A stretch of DNA of 25,834 nt from Pseudomonadota bacterium (lineage in GTDB: Bacteria; Pseudomonadota; Gammaproteobacteria; Burkholderiales; Burkholderiaceae_C). Position numbers and translations under genes: made by a program. Each line of letters opens with the position of its first letter. The stretch's first letter is position 1. Positions 10,301 through 18,313 of this stretch are shown here, one piece after another. The notes below the pieces were generated by a model, which saw only the letters and a program-made list of their open reading frames with translations, did not search any database and was not told the DNA's origin. The DNA lies in contig JBEDNN010000017.1 of NCBI GenBank assembly GCA_041170585.1, positions 1-25,834 of the forward strand, in the 5' to 3' direction.

Positions 10301-10816
10301 ATGATGCCATCAGATTTGTCCGATGACTATTTTATGCGCTTAGCTTTAGAGCAAGCGTATTTGGCTCAAGAGATTGACGAAGTCCCTGTTGGGGCTGTCT
10401 TAGTGCAAGCAGGGCAGGTGTTAGCGGTAGGGAGTAACCGTGTGATTCATGAGCATGACCCGAGTGCACACGCAGAAATAATTGCATTGCGTATGGCGGG
10501 AAAGATACGGTCTAATTACCGCTTACCGCATACGACTTTATATGTTACTTTAGAACCGTGTGCAATGTGTGTATCGGCTATATTCCATGCCCGTGTTCAG
10601 CGGGTGGTTTATGGTGCAACAGACCGTAAAACAGGTGCGTGTGGTGGCAATACTGATTTGCGTACCTTGTCAATTAATCACCATACCCGTTTTGAGTCGG
10701 GTATTTTGCAGACAGAGTGTGCAATTGTTTTACAAGATTTTTTTAAAGAACGCCGTGCCGCTGCTAAGGCACTAAAGGCACTAAAGGCATTAAAAATACT
10801 CAACACACATGATTAG
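10301..10816 (+). CDS. tadA: tRNA adenosine(34) deaminase
   Basis: CDA-fold zinc motifs HAEIIAL and LEPCAMC. About 170 aa. The C-terminal tail AAAKALKALKALKIL is encoded by a 9-bp tandem repeat. Confidence 0.85.
   Translation: MMPSDLSDDYFMRLALEQAYLAQEIDEVPVGAVLVQAGQVLAVGSNRVIHEHDPSAHAEIIALRMAGKIRSNYRLPHTTLYVTLEPCAMCVSAIFHARVQRVVYGATDRKTGACGGNTDLRTLSINHHTRFESGILQTECAIVLQDFFKERRAAAKALKALKALKILNTHD
10763..10797 (+). repeat. in-frame 9-bp tandem repeat (gctaaggca/ctaaaggca)x3 inside the tadA 3' end, encoding KALKALKAL
   Basis: Seen in both the DNA and the translated C-terminal tail of TadA. Confidence 0.85.
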
Positions 10817-11783
10817 TTCATTGACTTCAAAAAAACTGACTTTAAGAATTGTTGCACCCAGTGGGGTAATGGAACACCCTGATATTTTGCAACGTGCAGT
10901 CAAGCGTTTAAAACGAATGGATTTGAGGGTTGAATTAGATGAGCAAACAGCATTGATTCACCAGCGGTTTGCTGGGACTGACGAACAGAGAGCGACCGCG
11001 TTAGAACGTGCTTTACTAGACCCTAATGTTAATATTGTGATGGCAGCACGCGGAGGTTACGGTGCGCATCGCTTACTGCCGTTAATTGACTGGAAGGCAG
11101 CAGCAGCAGCGGTTAAGTTAAACCATAAAATAATTATTGGGCACTCTGATTTCACTGCCATTCAGTTGGCTTTATTGTGCCATGGTGCTGCCAGCGTGGC
11201 TGGGCCTTGTGCGGGTGTAGACTTTGGCGGTGAGCGTTGTAATTCGTTTATGAAACAGTCGTTTAATGAAATAATAATGCCTATATATTTAAATAGCTTT
11301 ATTTTACATAACGAAAATAATGCACCCATTAAATTTAAAACAAATACAATAACTGCTACTGGATTTAATACAACGGGTATAGTTTGGGGCGGTAATTTAA
11401 CCATGCTATGCAGTTTATTAGGTACACCTTATTTTCCTAAATTAGAGCAGATTAAAGGTGGGATTTTATTGATAGAAGATGTCAATGAACGCCCTTTTCG
11501 CATAGAACGTATGTTGAACCAATTATACTTGGCAGGGGTATTAAGCTGTCAAAATACCGTGTTATGGGGAGATTTCGGTCATCCAAGTATTTTAGATTAT
11601 GACCGAGGGTATGATTTAAACAGTGTGATTGATTATGCACGCAATACTTTGGATTTAGGTGAGCGGCTTATTACGGGCTTACCATTTGGTCATTGCCCTA
11701 AAAAACTATCATTACCGATGGGGGTTCAAGCAAATTTAAGCCTTAGTACAAATCAACAAGTTAGCCTACAGTATTATATTTAA
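10809..11783 (+). CDS. ldcA: LD-carboxypeptidase (peptidase S66, muramoyltetrapeptide carboxypeptidase)
   Basis: Blocks ARGGYGAHRLLP, IGHSDFTAIQ (nucleophile Ser), WGGNLTML and LLIEDVNERPFRIERML are collinear with E. coli LdcA. Start overlaps the tadA stop by 8 nt. Confidence 0.75.
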   Translation: MISSLTSKKLTLRIVAPSGVMEHPDILQRAVKRLKRMDLRVELDEQTALIHQRFAGTDEQRATALERALLDPNVNIVMAARGGYGAHRLLPLIDWKAAAAAVKLNHKIIIGHSDFTAIQLALLCHGAASVAGPCAGVDFGGERCNSFMKQSFNEIIMPIYLNSFILHNENNAPIKFKTNTITATGFNTTGIVWGGNLTMLCSLLGTPYFPKLEQIKGGILLIEDVNERPFRIERMLNQLYLAGVLSCQNTVLWGDFGHPSILDYDRGYDLNSVIDYARNTLDLGERLITGLPFGHCPKKLSLPMGVQANLSLSTNQQVSLQYYI

Positions 11784-11812
11784 ATGTTTTAAATGTATAT
11801 AAAATAATCTTT

Positions 11813-11878
11813 TATCAGTGATATTTGAACATTACCAAAAAATCTTATTTTAAAATACTATGACTATAGTTTATATTA
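11813..11878 (+). repeat. copy A of a ~50-65 bp dispersed direct repeat (tatcagtgNtatttgaacattaccNaaaaat...actatRactatagtttata)
   Basis: Near-identical to copy B at 13534-13586 apart from one 13-16 bp indel. Contains the 10-bp palindrome aactatagtt. Its 3' end covers the flotillin stop codon. Confidence 0.75.
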
Positions 11879-13336
11879 TTTTTTAATATCTAATACTTTC
11901 TCGGCAACTGCCATAATGTCAGGGTTATTCTTTAGTGCAGATACCATAGCCCCTAATTTTGTACCGCCTTTGGCTGAAAAAATCTCTCCAATTGAACCAA
12001 TACCCTCTGTTACCGTACCACCGTTCGCAATTACTTTAATGTCCGCATTTTCAAGTGCTTTTGCATTGGCAATACCAATTTTCTCAACAGCCTCAAGGTT
12101 TCTAACACTCACAAGATAGGCTTGATACTTATCATCCCCCCCAATTTTGTCTGCTAAGGTTATTTGTGCATCTACGGGAGCCATAAGCTTGGCTTTATCT
12201 GCGATACCTTGTGCAATACCGACAGCTTCAATACCTTCGGCATTGTTTTTTTGTAATATAAGATTGCCTTCAGCAATAAGAATTGTGGCATCTTTATCAC
12301 CATTTGCTTTTGTTACAATCACTTCTTTGTCTGCTTGTGCTTTGGTAACGGCTACTTCTTTGTCTGCATTGGCTTTAACAACAGCCACTTGCTTTTGTGC
12401 TTCTGCATCTACCACGGCGACATCTTTCTTAATTTCTGCATCACGCACATCGTTCATTTGTCGAACTGCCATTGTTCGTTCAGCCGTTGTTTTTGCTTCA
12501 ATTTGAATCTCTTGTTGTGCACGTTCTCCAGCAATTCCAATGGCTCGTTTGGTAGTTGCCGTTCGTTCACCCACCAGTTGTTCGGCTTCTTGCTTACGTA
12601 AATCAATTTGTTGCTGTGCTTCAATTTCTGCGGTTAATGCAGCACGTGAGTTTTCTGCGACTTTTGTTCTAGACTCCATCTCTATGCGCGACTTCTCTTT
12701 CGCCATAATATTGGAGATAACTTCAGAACCTTTATGGTCTCTGATATCCATAAACTCAATCGTTTTTGAGGTTTTTACGCCCCACTGAATCAGTTGATCA
12801 TCAATTTCATTTGTGAACTGTTCACCTAAAACAGACCTGTCTTGCATAATGACTTCAAGGTCATTGGTCGCCAAAATTCTACGAACCACACCCTGAAGTA
12901 CACCACTTAACTGGTCTCGGAGTTCATTTGATGAATTCATACGAGCAGCTGCCAGTTCAAAATCATCAATTCGAAAGAAAGCCTGTATATTTACTTCAAA
13001 AGGTAAACGGCCTTTATCATAAGCTTCATAGGCTTCTAAGCTAACATCAAAAATTGATTTTGGAAATGTTCTAGCATCTACACCAAGAATGGGTAACCAG
13101 CTAGGCCAAGCGTAGTAAACAGTCCCCGGATCAATAATAATAGAACCTTGTTCATCTTTTTTATCTGTTTGACCTGTGCCGTATGAAACAGTTTTACTTT
13201 TAGAGCGAACGACATGCACTTCATTGGTTGAAACCACACGGCGTAACAATGACATCACCCAAAATACGACAACAAAAAATATTGCGGCGACAGTAATAAA
13301 TACTATGAGCATTGAGAACGGTGACATTGTGTCCAT
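11876..13336 (-). CDS. SPFH/band-7 flotillin-like protein (YqiK/FloT family)
   Basis: N-terminal transmembrane helix followed by an SPFH domain. Long Ala/Glu/Lys-rich coiled coil with repeats (KDVAVVDAEAQKQVAVVKANADKEVAVTKAQADKEVIVTKA). Start moved to the ATG at 13336 (MDTMSPF...), which has AGGAG 9 nt upstream; the ORF-track start at 13357 is a TTG. Confidence 0.8.
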   Translation of the reverse strand: MDTMSPFSMLIVFITVAAIFFVVVFWVMSLLRRVVSTNEVHVVRSKSKTVSYGTGQTDKKDEQGSIIIDPGTVYYAWPSWLPILGVDARTFPKSIFDVSLEAYEAYDKGRLPFEVNIQAFFRIDDFELAAARMNSSNELRDQLSGVLQGVVRRILATNDLEVIMQDRSVLGEQFTNEIDDQLIQWGVKTSKTIEFMDIRDHKGSEVISNIMAKEKSRIEMESRTKVAENSRAALTAEIEAQQQIDLRKQEAEQLVGERTATTKRAIGIAGERAQQEIQIEAKTTAERTMAVRQMNDVRDAEIKKDVAVVDAEAQKQVAVVKANADKEVAVTKAQADKEVIVTKANGDKDATILIAEGNLILQKNNAEGIEAVGIAQGIADKAKLMAPVDAQITLADKIGGDDKYQAYLVSVRNLEAVEKIGIANAKALENADIKVIANGGTVTEGIGSIGEIFSAKGGTKLGAMVSALKNNPDIMAVAEKVLDIKK

Positions 13337-13533
13337 TTTAGAAACTCCTAAAATCAATGCTGGTACACGACATCGCTGCCGTGTACTAAGCTAAACAAGT
13401 TTTATAACCTGTTTTTATAAGCTGTATTTTCAGAATAAAAATAGGTAATGTTAAAATTTAACTTTTATAATATTTATACTGGTGAGGTAGCCTGTTTATT
13501 TTACTGGTTACTTCTTAATTATTAAACTTTTTG

Positions 13534-13586
13534 TATCAGTGCTATTTGAACATTACCTAAAAATACTATAACTATAGTTTATAGTT
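13534..13586 (+). repeat. copy B of the same dispersed direct repeat
   Basis: Same orientation as copy A. Overlaps the stop codon of the peroxiredoxin gene. Confidence 0.75.
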
Positions 13587-14082
13587 GTGCTAATACATTT
13601 TCTGCACTAGAAACTTCATATTTTCCAGCTACTTCGTGTCCTAACCAAGTAACAATACCATCATTAACAATCATTGCAAAGCGGTCTGTACGAATACCCA
13701 TACCATGGGCTGTTAAATCTGATTCTAAACCTAAAGCTTTGGTATACGTTACATTGCCATCAGCAAACATACGTACTTTACCAGTCGCTTGATTGTCTCT
13801 GCCCCACGCACCCATTACAAAAGCATCATTGGTTGCTAAACACCATACTTCATCAACACCTTTGGCTTTTAAAGCAGCATGGTGTTGAACAAAGCTAGGT
13901 AACTGTTTAGCCGAACAGACGGGGGTATAAGCACCTGGTAAACCAAATACAACGATTTTTTTGCCTTTTACTAAATCAGACACTTTAAATGTATTAGGCC
14001 CCAAAGAACAACCGTTGCCTTCAACTTCAATAAACTCTGTTAATGTACCTGCTGGAAGTGATTGACCTGTAGTAATTGTCAT
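13579..14082 (-). CDS. peroxiredoxin, Prx5-like (AhpC/TSA family)
   Basis: 167 aa with the peroxidatic Cys motif PGAYTPVCS and the Prx5-type fold order. No fused glutaredoxin domain. Confidence 0.8.
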   Translation of the reverse strand: MTITTGQSLPAGTLTEFIEVEGNGCSLGPNTFKVSDLVKGKKIVVFGLPGAYTPVCSAKQLPSFVQHHAALKAKGVDEVWCLATNDAFVMGAWGRDNQATGKVRMFADGNVTYTKALGLESDLTAHGMGIRTDRFAMIVNDGIVTWLGHEVAGKYEVSSAENVLAQL

Positions 14083-14100
14083 AATGAACCCTTTGAAAGA

Positions 14101-14181
14101 TAAAAATAAAAAATAAAAATAAAAATAAAAATAAAAATAAAAAGTAAAACTAAAAAATTTAAAAATTTAAAAATTTAAAAA
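14101..14181. repeat. microsatellite block (aaaaataa)x5-6 then (aaaaattta)x3 upstream of the peroxiredoxin gene
   Basis: Tandem copies seen directly. Lies in the 5' leader/promoter region of the minus-strand peroxiredoxin gene. Shares the aaaaattta unit with the fadB-fadA spacer. Confidence 0.9.
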
Positions 14182-14195
14182 TCTCATCTATAAAA

Positions 14196-14501
14196 TCAAA
14201 TAGCGACTATATCTGTAACTTCATACAGTTGTGCTAATTGTTTTAAAGCAATAGGTATGTGTTGATGCTGAATAGTCAGTGTAGTAAAACGTTTTTTAAA
14301 AAATAGTATAAAAGCCAAAGCACTACTATCTACTACAGTACACGCTTGCCAATTTACGGTAAATATCTGTGCTACTGTCGCATTATTTGACCGCATAGCA
14401 GTTTGAATGGCCAATAGACAATCCGCTTTAGCAGTTTGCCAGTTTGTATGGTTAAGTGTGGCTGGGGTAGCCCAACTACTGGTATTTAAAGCGGCATTCA
14501 T
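14196..14501 (-). CDS. mlaB: STAS-domain protein, probable MlaB (phospholipid ABC transport auxiliary subunit)
   Basis: About 100 aa, typical size for a STAS / anti-sigma-antagonist-like protein. Lies immediately downstream of mlaC on the same strand. Assigned by context and size only. Confidence 0.45.
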   Translation of the reverse strand: MNAALNTSSWATPATLNHTNWQTAKADCLLAIQTAMRSNNATVAQIFTVNWQACTVVDSSALAFILFFKKRFTTLTIQHQHIPIALKQLAQLYEVTDIVAI

Positions 14502-14582
14502 TAAGAATTTATATTAAGGATTTATTTATATAAGATATATAAGAGTTTATATTAAATAGTCGCATTTAATATTAAATACTGA

Positions 14583-15224
14583 CTATTTGCTACCATTACG
14601 AGTTTTCAAAAACTGAATTAGACCCGCAATGCCATTGGTTTCAATTTCTTTTGCAAATACACCACGGTAGTTTTGAACTAGCCAAGAACCTGCAACGTTT
14701 AAATCATATACTTTCCAAGCACCTGATATTTTTTCTAAGCGATAATCAACATTAATGGGTTCACCTTTTGCAATAACACTGGTACGTACTAAAGCATCTA
14801 TTGATTCAGGTTTAATATTAGAACGTCCCATTTTTAGAGTAGCATCTTTAGCTAAAGACAAAGCCCCACCATAAGTACGTTGCAGTAAAATTCTAAATTC
14901 TTTTTGTAACGCTGCTTGCTCTTCGGGTGTTGCTTTAGACCAGCTACGCCCTACTGCACTTTGGGTCATTTTAGCCAAATTAACATTAGGTAGTATTTTT
15001 TCATTGACTAAAGCATTAATTCGTTGTGGATCACCTGCCATTACTGCTTTGTCTGTTTTGATAGTTGCAAGTAAATCTTCAGCCGTTGCTTTAACAAATG
15101 CAACTGGGTCGCCTTGTGCGGTTTGTGCCAAAGCAGCATTTTGAATCAGTAGCAGACTTAATACACAACTCACTTGGGCTAAACCCTTGATGGCTATTTG
15201 ACTTATTTTATTGTAATGTTTCAT
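14583..15224 (-). CDS. mlaC: MlaC / Ttg2D-family periplasmic phospholipid-binding protein
   Basis: Signal peptide (hydrophobic stretch ending ALAQTAQG). About 210 aa. Conserved Ttg2D-like blocks (ILPNVNLAKMTQSAVGRSW, LQKEF..LL..TYGGAL). Confidence 0.72.
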   Translation of the reverse strand: MKHYNKISQIAIKGLAQVSCVLSLLLIQNAALAQTAQGDPVAFVKATAEDLLATIKTDKAVMAGDPQRINALVNEKILPNVNLAKMTQSAVGRSWSKATPEEQAALQKEFRILLQRTYGGALSLAKDATLKMGRSNIKPESIDALVRTSVIAKGEPINVDYRLEKISGAWKVYDLNVAGSWLVQNYRGVFAKEIETNGIAGLIQFLKTRNGSK

Positions 15225-15343
15225 ATTAAAAATATCCTAAAAATAAATATTAAAAAAAATTAAACTGTTTAGTAAAATTATTCAGTAAAAATAATATTAT
15301 AAGTACAGTGAGTGTGCTAAACGTAATAAATATATTAAATATA

Positions 15344-15394
15344 CTAAATGTAGTAAATATTAAATGTAGTAAATATTAAATGTAGTAAATATAT
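15344..15394. repeat. 16-bp tandem repeat (taaatgtagtaaatat)x3 in the fabG-mlaC spacer
   Basis: Three perfect tandem copies, probably in the mlaC promoter region. Confidence 0.9.
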
Positions 15395-15420
15395 TAAGTA
15401 CGGTTAAATACTTTACTCAA

Positions 15421-16194
15421 TTACATATACATTCCACCATTGACATGCAAAGTAGTCCCTGTAATATAGTTACCCATCGGTGAAATTAAAAATAAAACGG
15501 CATTAGCAATATCTTGTGGCATACCAAAGTGACCTAAAGGAATTTGAGCTTGCATAGTATTTACGACAGATTCCGATAAAGCCTGTGTCATATCTGTTGT
15601 AATAAACCCTGGGGCAACGCAATTAACAGTAATATTGCGTGAACCCAACTCACGTGCTAACGCACGTGATAAACCCTCTAACCCTGCTTTCGCCGCACAA
15701 TAATTGGCCTGTCCTGCATTGCCCAAACTACTCACGACAGAAGAAATATTCACAATACGCCCTGTCCGTGCCTTCATCATTGGACGCATAACCAACCTAG
15801 ATAACTTAAATATCGCCGTTAAATTAGTGTCTAAAACAGATGACCAATCCTCATCTTTCATACGCATGGCTAAACCGTCACGGGTAATACCCGCGTTGTT
15901 AATTAATATATCTATTTTGCCGTACTTTAAAAGTATAGTATTCAAAGCCAGTTCAGACTCTGTAGTATCTGTTACATTTAAAACAATCCCGTATCCTGCT
16001 TGTTCACCTAAACCTAGAGCGGATAATTTGTCAGTAATAGACTGTGCCCCCAATTCGGTTGTGGCTGTACCAATGACTGTTGCCCCCGCTTGAGCACAAG
16101 TTAGAGCAATCGATTGACCTATCCCGCGACTAGCACCTGTTACCCATACAATTCTACCAGTTAAATCAGTTAATGTCCCTTGTAATGTACTCAT
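15421..16194 (-). CDS. fabG: 3-oxoacyl-[acyl-carrier-protein] reductase
   Basis: Short-chain dehydrogenase cofactor motif VTGASRGIGQSIA, NNAGITRD, and catalytic triad YCAAKAGLEG. Collinear with E. coli FabG through to the C-terminal HVNGGMYM. ATGA overlap with the fabD stop. Confidence 0.9.
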   Translation of the reverse strand: MSTLQGTLTDLTGRIVWVTGASRGIGQSIALTCAQAGATVIGTATTELGAQSITDKLSALGLGEQAGYGIVLNVTDTTESELALNTILLKYGKIDILINNAGITRDGLAMRMKDEDWSSVLDTNLTAIFKLSRLVMRPMMKARTGRIVNISSVVSSLGNAGQANYCAAKAGLEGLSRALARELGSRNITVNCVAPGFITTDMTQALSESVVNTMQAQIPLGHFGMPQDIANAVLFLISPMGNYITGTTLHVNGGMYM

Positions 16195-17126
16195 TGAATC
16201 ACCTTTAAAGTCATATTTAAACTGTCATTATCAAATATATTGTATATCATTGCTTCAGGGGCGATTCGCTTCAATAACCCCGCAAGCACTTTACCAGGTC
16301 CACACTCTATAAAAGTAGTTATACCTTGTTTTTGCATAGTATTAATCGTTTCTACCCAGCGTACAGGGTTATAGGATTGTCGTATTAAAGCATCTTTAAT
16401 GTCGGTACTTGTGGTTAATTCAGACACATCAACATTATTAATCACGGGTAAGTAAGGTGTGTTTAAATGTATTTTTTCTAAAGTAATCGCTAATACATCG
16501 CCTACAGGCCGCATTAAACTGGAATGAAAAGGTGCAGAAACAGGCAATATTAAACCACGCTTTGCCCCAGCTAATTTACACGCTTCAATAGCAGCGGTAA
16601 CTGCCGAAGTATGTCCAGCAATTACAGTTTGTAATGGATCATTGTAATTAACGGCTTCCACAACGGCGGTATCAGTAGACAAGCTTCGGCAAATCTCACG
16701 TACTTTGGCTGAATCCAAGCCCAAAATAGCCGCCATTGAACCCACACCGACAGGAACAGCCGATTGCATCGCATTGGCACGAATACGCACTGTACGAATT
16801 GCATCAGCCAAGTCCATTGCACCAGAAGCAACCCATGCCGTATATTCACCTAAACTATGTCCTGCCATTATTGTGGGTGTTTGCCCACCTGCAGCAATCC
16901 AAGCTTGATATGCCGCATAACTTGCAGCCAACATCACAGGTTGTGTATTGGTCGTTAAGCCTAATTGTTCTGGTGTACCGTGAGCGATTAAGTCGCTTAA
17001 ATTTTCATTTAAAGCGTTGTTAGCTGTTGTCATCACCTGTCTAACGGCTGGATTATCAGCCCAGCCTGACATCATACCTATTGATTGTGAACCTTGACCC
17101 GGAAATAAAAATGCAAGTTTTTTCAT
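16191..17126 (-). CDS. fabD: malonyl-CoA:ACP transacylase
   Basis: N-terminal LFPGQGSQSIGM. Active-site GHSLGEY. About 310 aa. Confidence 0.9.
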   Translation of the reverse strand: MKKLAFLFPGQGSQSIGMMSGWADNPAVRQVMTTANNALNENLSDLIAHGTPEQLGLTTNTQPVMLAASYAAYQAWIAAGGQTPTIMAGHSLGEYTAWVASGAMDLADAIRTVRIRANAMQSAVPVGVGSMAAILGLDSAKVREICRSLSTDTAVVEAVNYNDPLQTVIAGHTSAVTAAIEACKLAGAKRGLILPVSAPFHSSLMRPVGDVLAITLEKIHLNTPYLPVINNVDVSELTTSTDIKDALIRQSYNPVRWVETINTMQKQGITTFIECGPGKVLAGLLKRIAPEAMIYNIFDNDSLNMTLKVIQ

Positions 17127-17215
17127 AAATATTTAATATGTTTGTGTTTGTTTATATCTTTGTCTATTTGTATTGTCTATTTATATTATAAATATTTAAA
17201 ATAAATACTAAAAAA

Positions 17216-18313
17216 TTATTTATCAGACTTTCGTCTATTGTCATTTTTACATAACATCTGGCAATTTTCTTCGGTTGTCTTGCCGTTGTCTTTCCAAGGG
17301 GTTATGTGGTCGCCTTCCATCTCTGATATATCAAATTCATTTTTGCAAATAATACATTTGCGTCCTTGTTTTTCATATACTTTTTGCTTTACGCTGTCTG
17401 AAAATGTACGAATACCTAAATACCGTTCGTCTCTTGTCAAAATGTAGGCATAAATCCCGCTTTTTCTTTCCACTTCATCGTCTGCAATAAGTTTAGCAGT
17501 TTCTTCTTCAATGGCTTTAGTGTCATACATCACGTCTTTATGTGTGTTGTAAAGCAAACCCCAAGCAATGCCTTTCATAAATTTTTTACGCTTATTTGTA
17601 AAAGTTGCATCAACCCAAGTCATTACTGATTGAAAATATAACCATAAGGCCGTTGCATTTGGGTCGTGTTGGTGTTTCGCCATATAGCGTTTAATACCAT
17701 CATCGCTATCATCATTATTTATCCAGCCAATCACAGTTTCTAAATACTCTTGTCTATTGACTGAACCGTTTAAATAATCGCTGCCAATTTTTGAAGCAGC
17801 ACAAGCAGTTTTACTGAAGTAGGTTTTTGCACTTGAAACCCAAGCCCCTGTATAAACGGCATTACGCAACTCTTGTTCAGTTAATTTTTCGCCTGCAATA
17901 TTGATAGTCTTAAACCATTCTAATTTTTCGCTTTCTGTGCCGCTACAGACATACACCATTAATGTATAGTCTAGGATTTGTTCTTTTTCATCATCTTTAA
18001 GATTGTGAAAATATCTATTTTGATATGCAAAATCGCCATTCACATATTGACAAATTGAAATAGTTCTTTGTTGTCCGTCAATCACTTCAAAAGTGGTATC
18101 TTTACTGGCTGCCCAATACATTACATTTAAAGGGTATTTTTTGATAACTGTATTAATGACGGCATCACGTTGTTTGTCTTTATAAATAAACTCACGTTGA
18201 TAAGGAGGGCGTATATCCAACTTGCCATCAAAACCAGTTACACCGTTTTCTGCGTTGTCTTTAAAGTTTTTTGATAGTTCTCTTATTTTTATTTTATTGA
18301 GTTCTATATTCAT
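17216..18313 (-). CDS. DUF262 (ParB/GmrS-like NTP-binding) domain fused to a C-terminal HNH nuclease; putative restriction endonuclease
   Basis: DUF262 hallmarks PPYQREF...DGQQR in the N-terminal 100 aa. C-terminal HNH EGDHITPWKDNGKTTEENCQMLCKNDN preceded by CIIC. Start overlaps the stop of the upstream methyltransferase (ATGA). Strongly AT-rich. Confidence 0.7.
   Translation of the reverse strand: MNIELNKIKIRELSKNFKDNAENGVTGFDGKLDIRPPYQREFIYKDKQRDAVINTVIKKYPLNVMYWAASKDTTFEVIDGQQRTISICQYVNGDFAYQNRYFHNLKDDEKEQILDYTLMVYVCSGTESEKLEWFKTINIAGEKLTEQELRNAVYTGAWVSSAKTYFSKTACAASKIGSDYLNGSVNRQEYLETVIGWINNDDSDDGIKRYMAKHQHDPNATALWLYFQSVMTWVDATFTNKRKKFMKGIAWGLLYNTHKDVMYDTKAIEEETAKLIADDEVERKSGIYAYILTRDERYLGIRTFSDSVKQKVYEKQGRKCIICKNEFDISEMEGDHITPWKDNGKTTEENCQMLCKNDNRRKSDK

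Noticed and set aside
11237-11381. Apparent AT-rich low-complexity insertion in LdcA (NSFMKQSFNEIIMPIYLNSFILHNENNAPIKFKTNTITATGFNTTG)
   Set aside because: Comparison with my memory of E. coli LdcA shows the same position is a variable segment of about 43 aa between the SGP and WGGNL blocks. The local segment is only about 15 aa longer, so this is not a genuine insertion or intein.
11916-12788. Several plus-strand ORFs of 67-119 aa antisense to the flotillin gene
   Set aside because: They are shadows of the Ala/Glu/Lys-rich coiled-coil region. The repetitive codons give stop-free antisense frames. There are no RBSs and no motifs.
13337-13357. TTG-initiated N-terminal extension on flotillin, and similar extensions on the methyltransferase (19312-19326) and on tig (22912-22959)
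   Set aside because: The internal ATG codons have good Shine-Dalgarno sequences at proper spacing (AGGAG, GAGGA, AGGAA). For tig, the shorter form matches the conserved trigger-factor N-terminus.
14196-14570. 8-bp inverted repeat atagtcgc / gcgactat flanking mlaB
   Set aside because: It is too short to distinguish from chance in a 26-kb AT-rich window, and there is no supporting structure.
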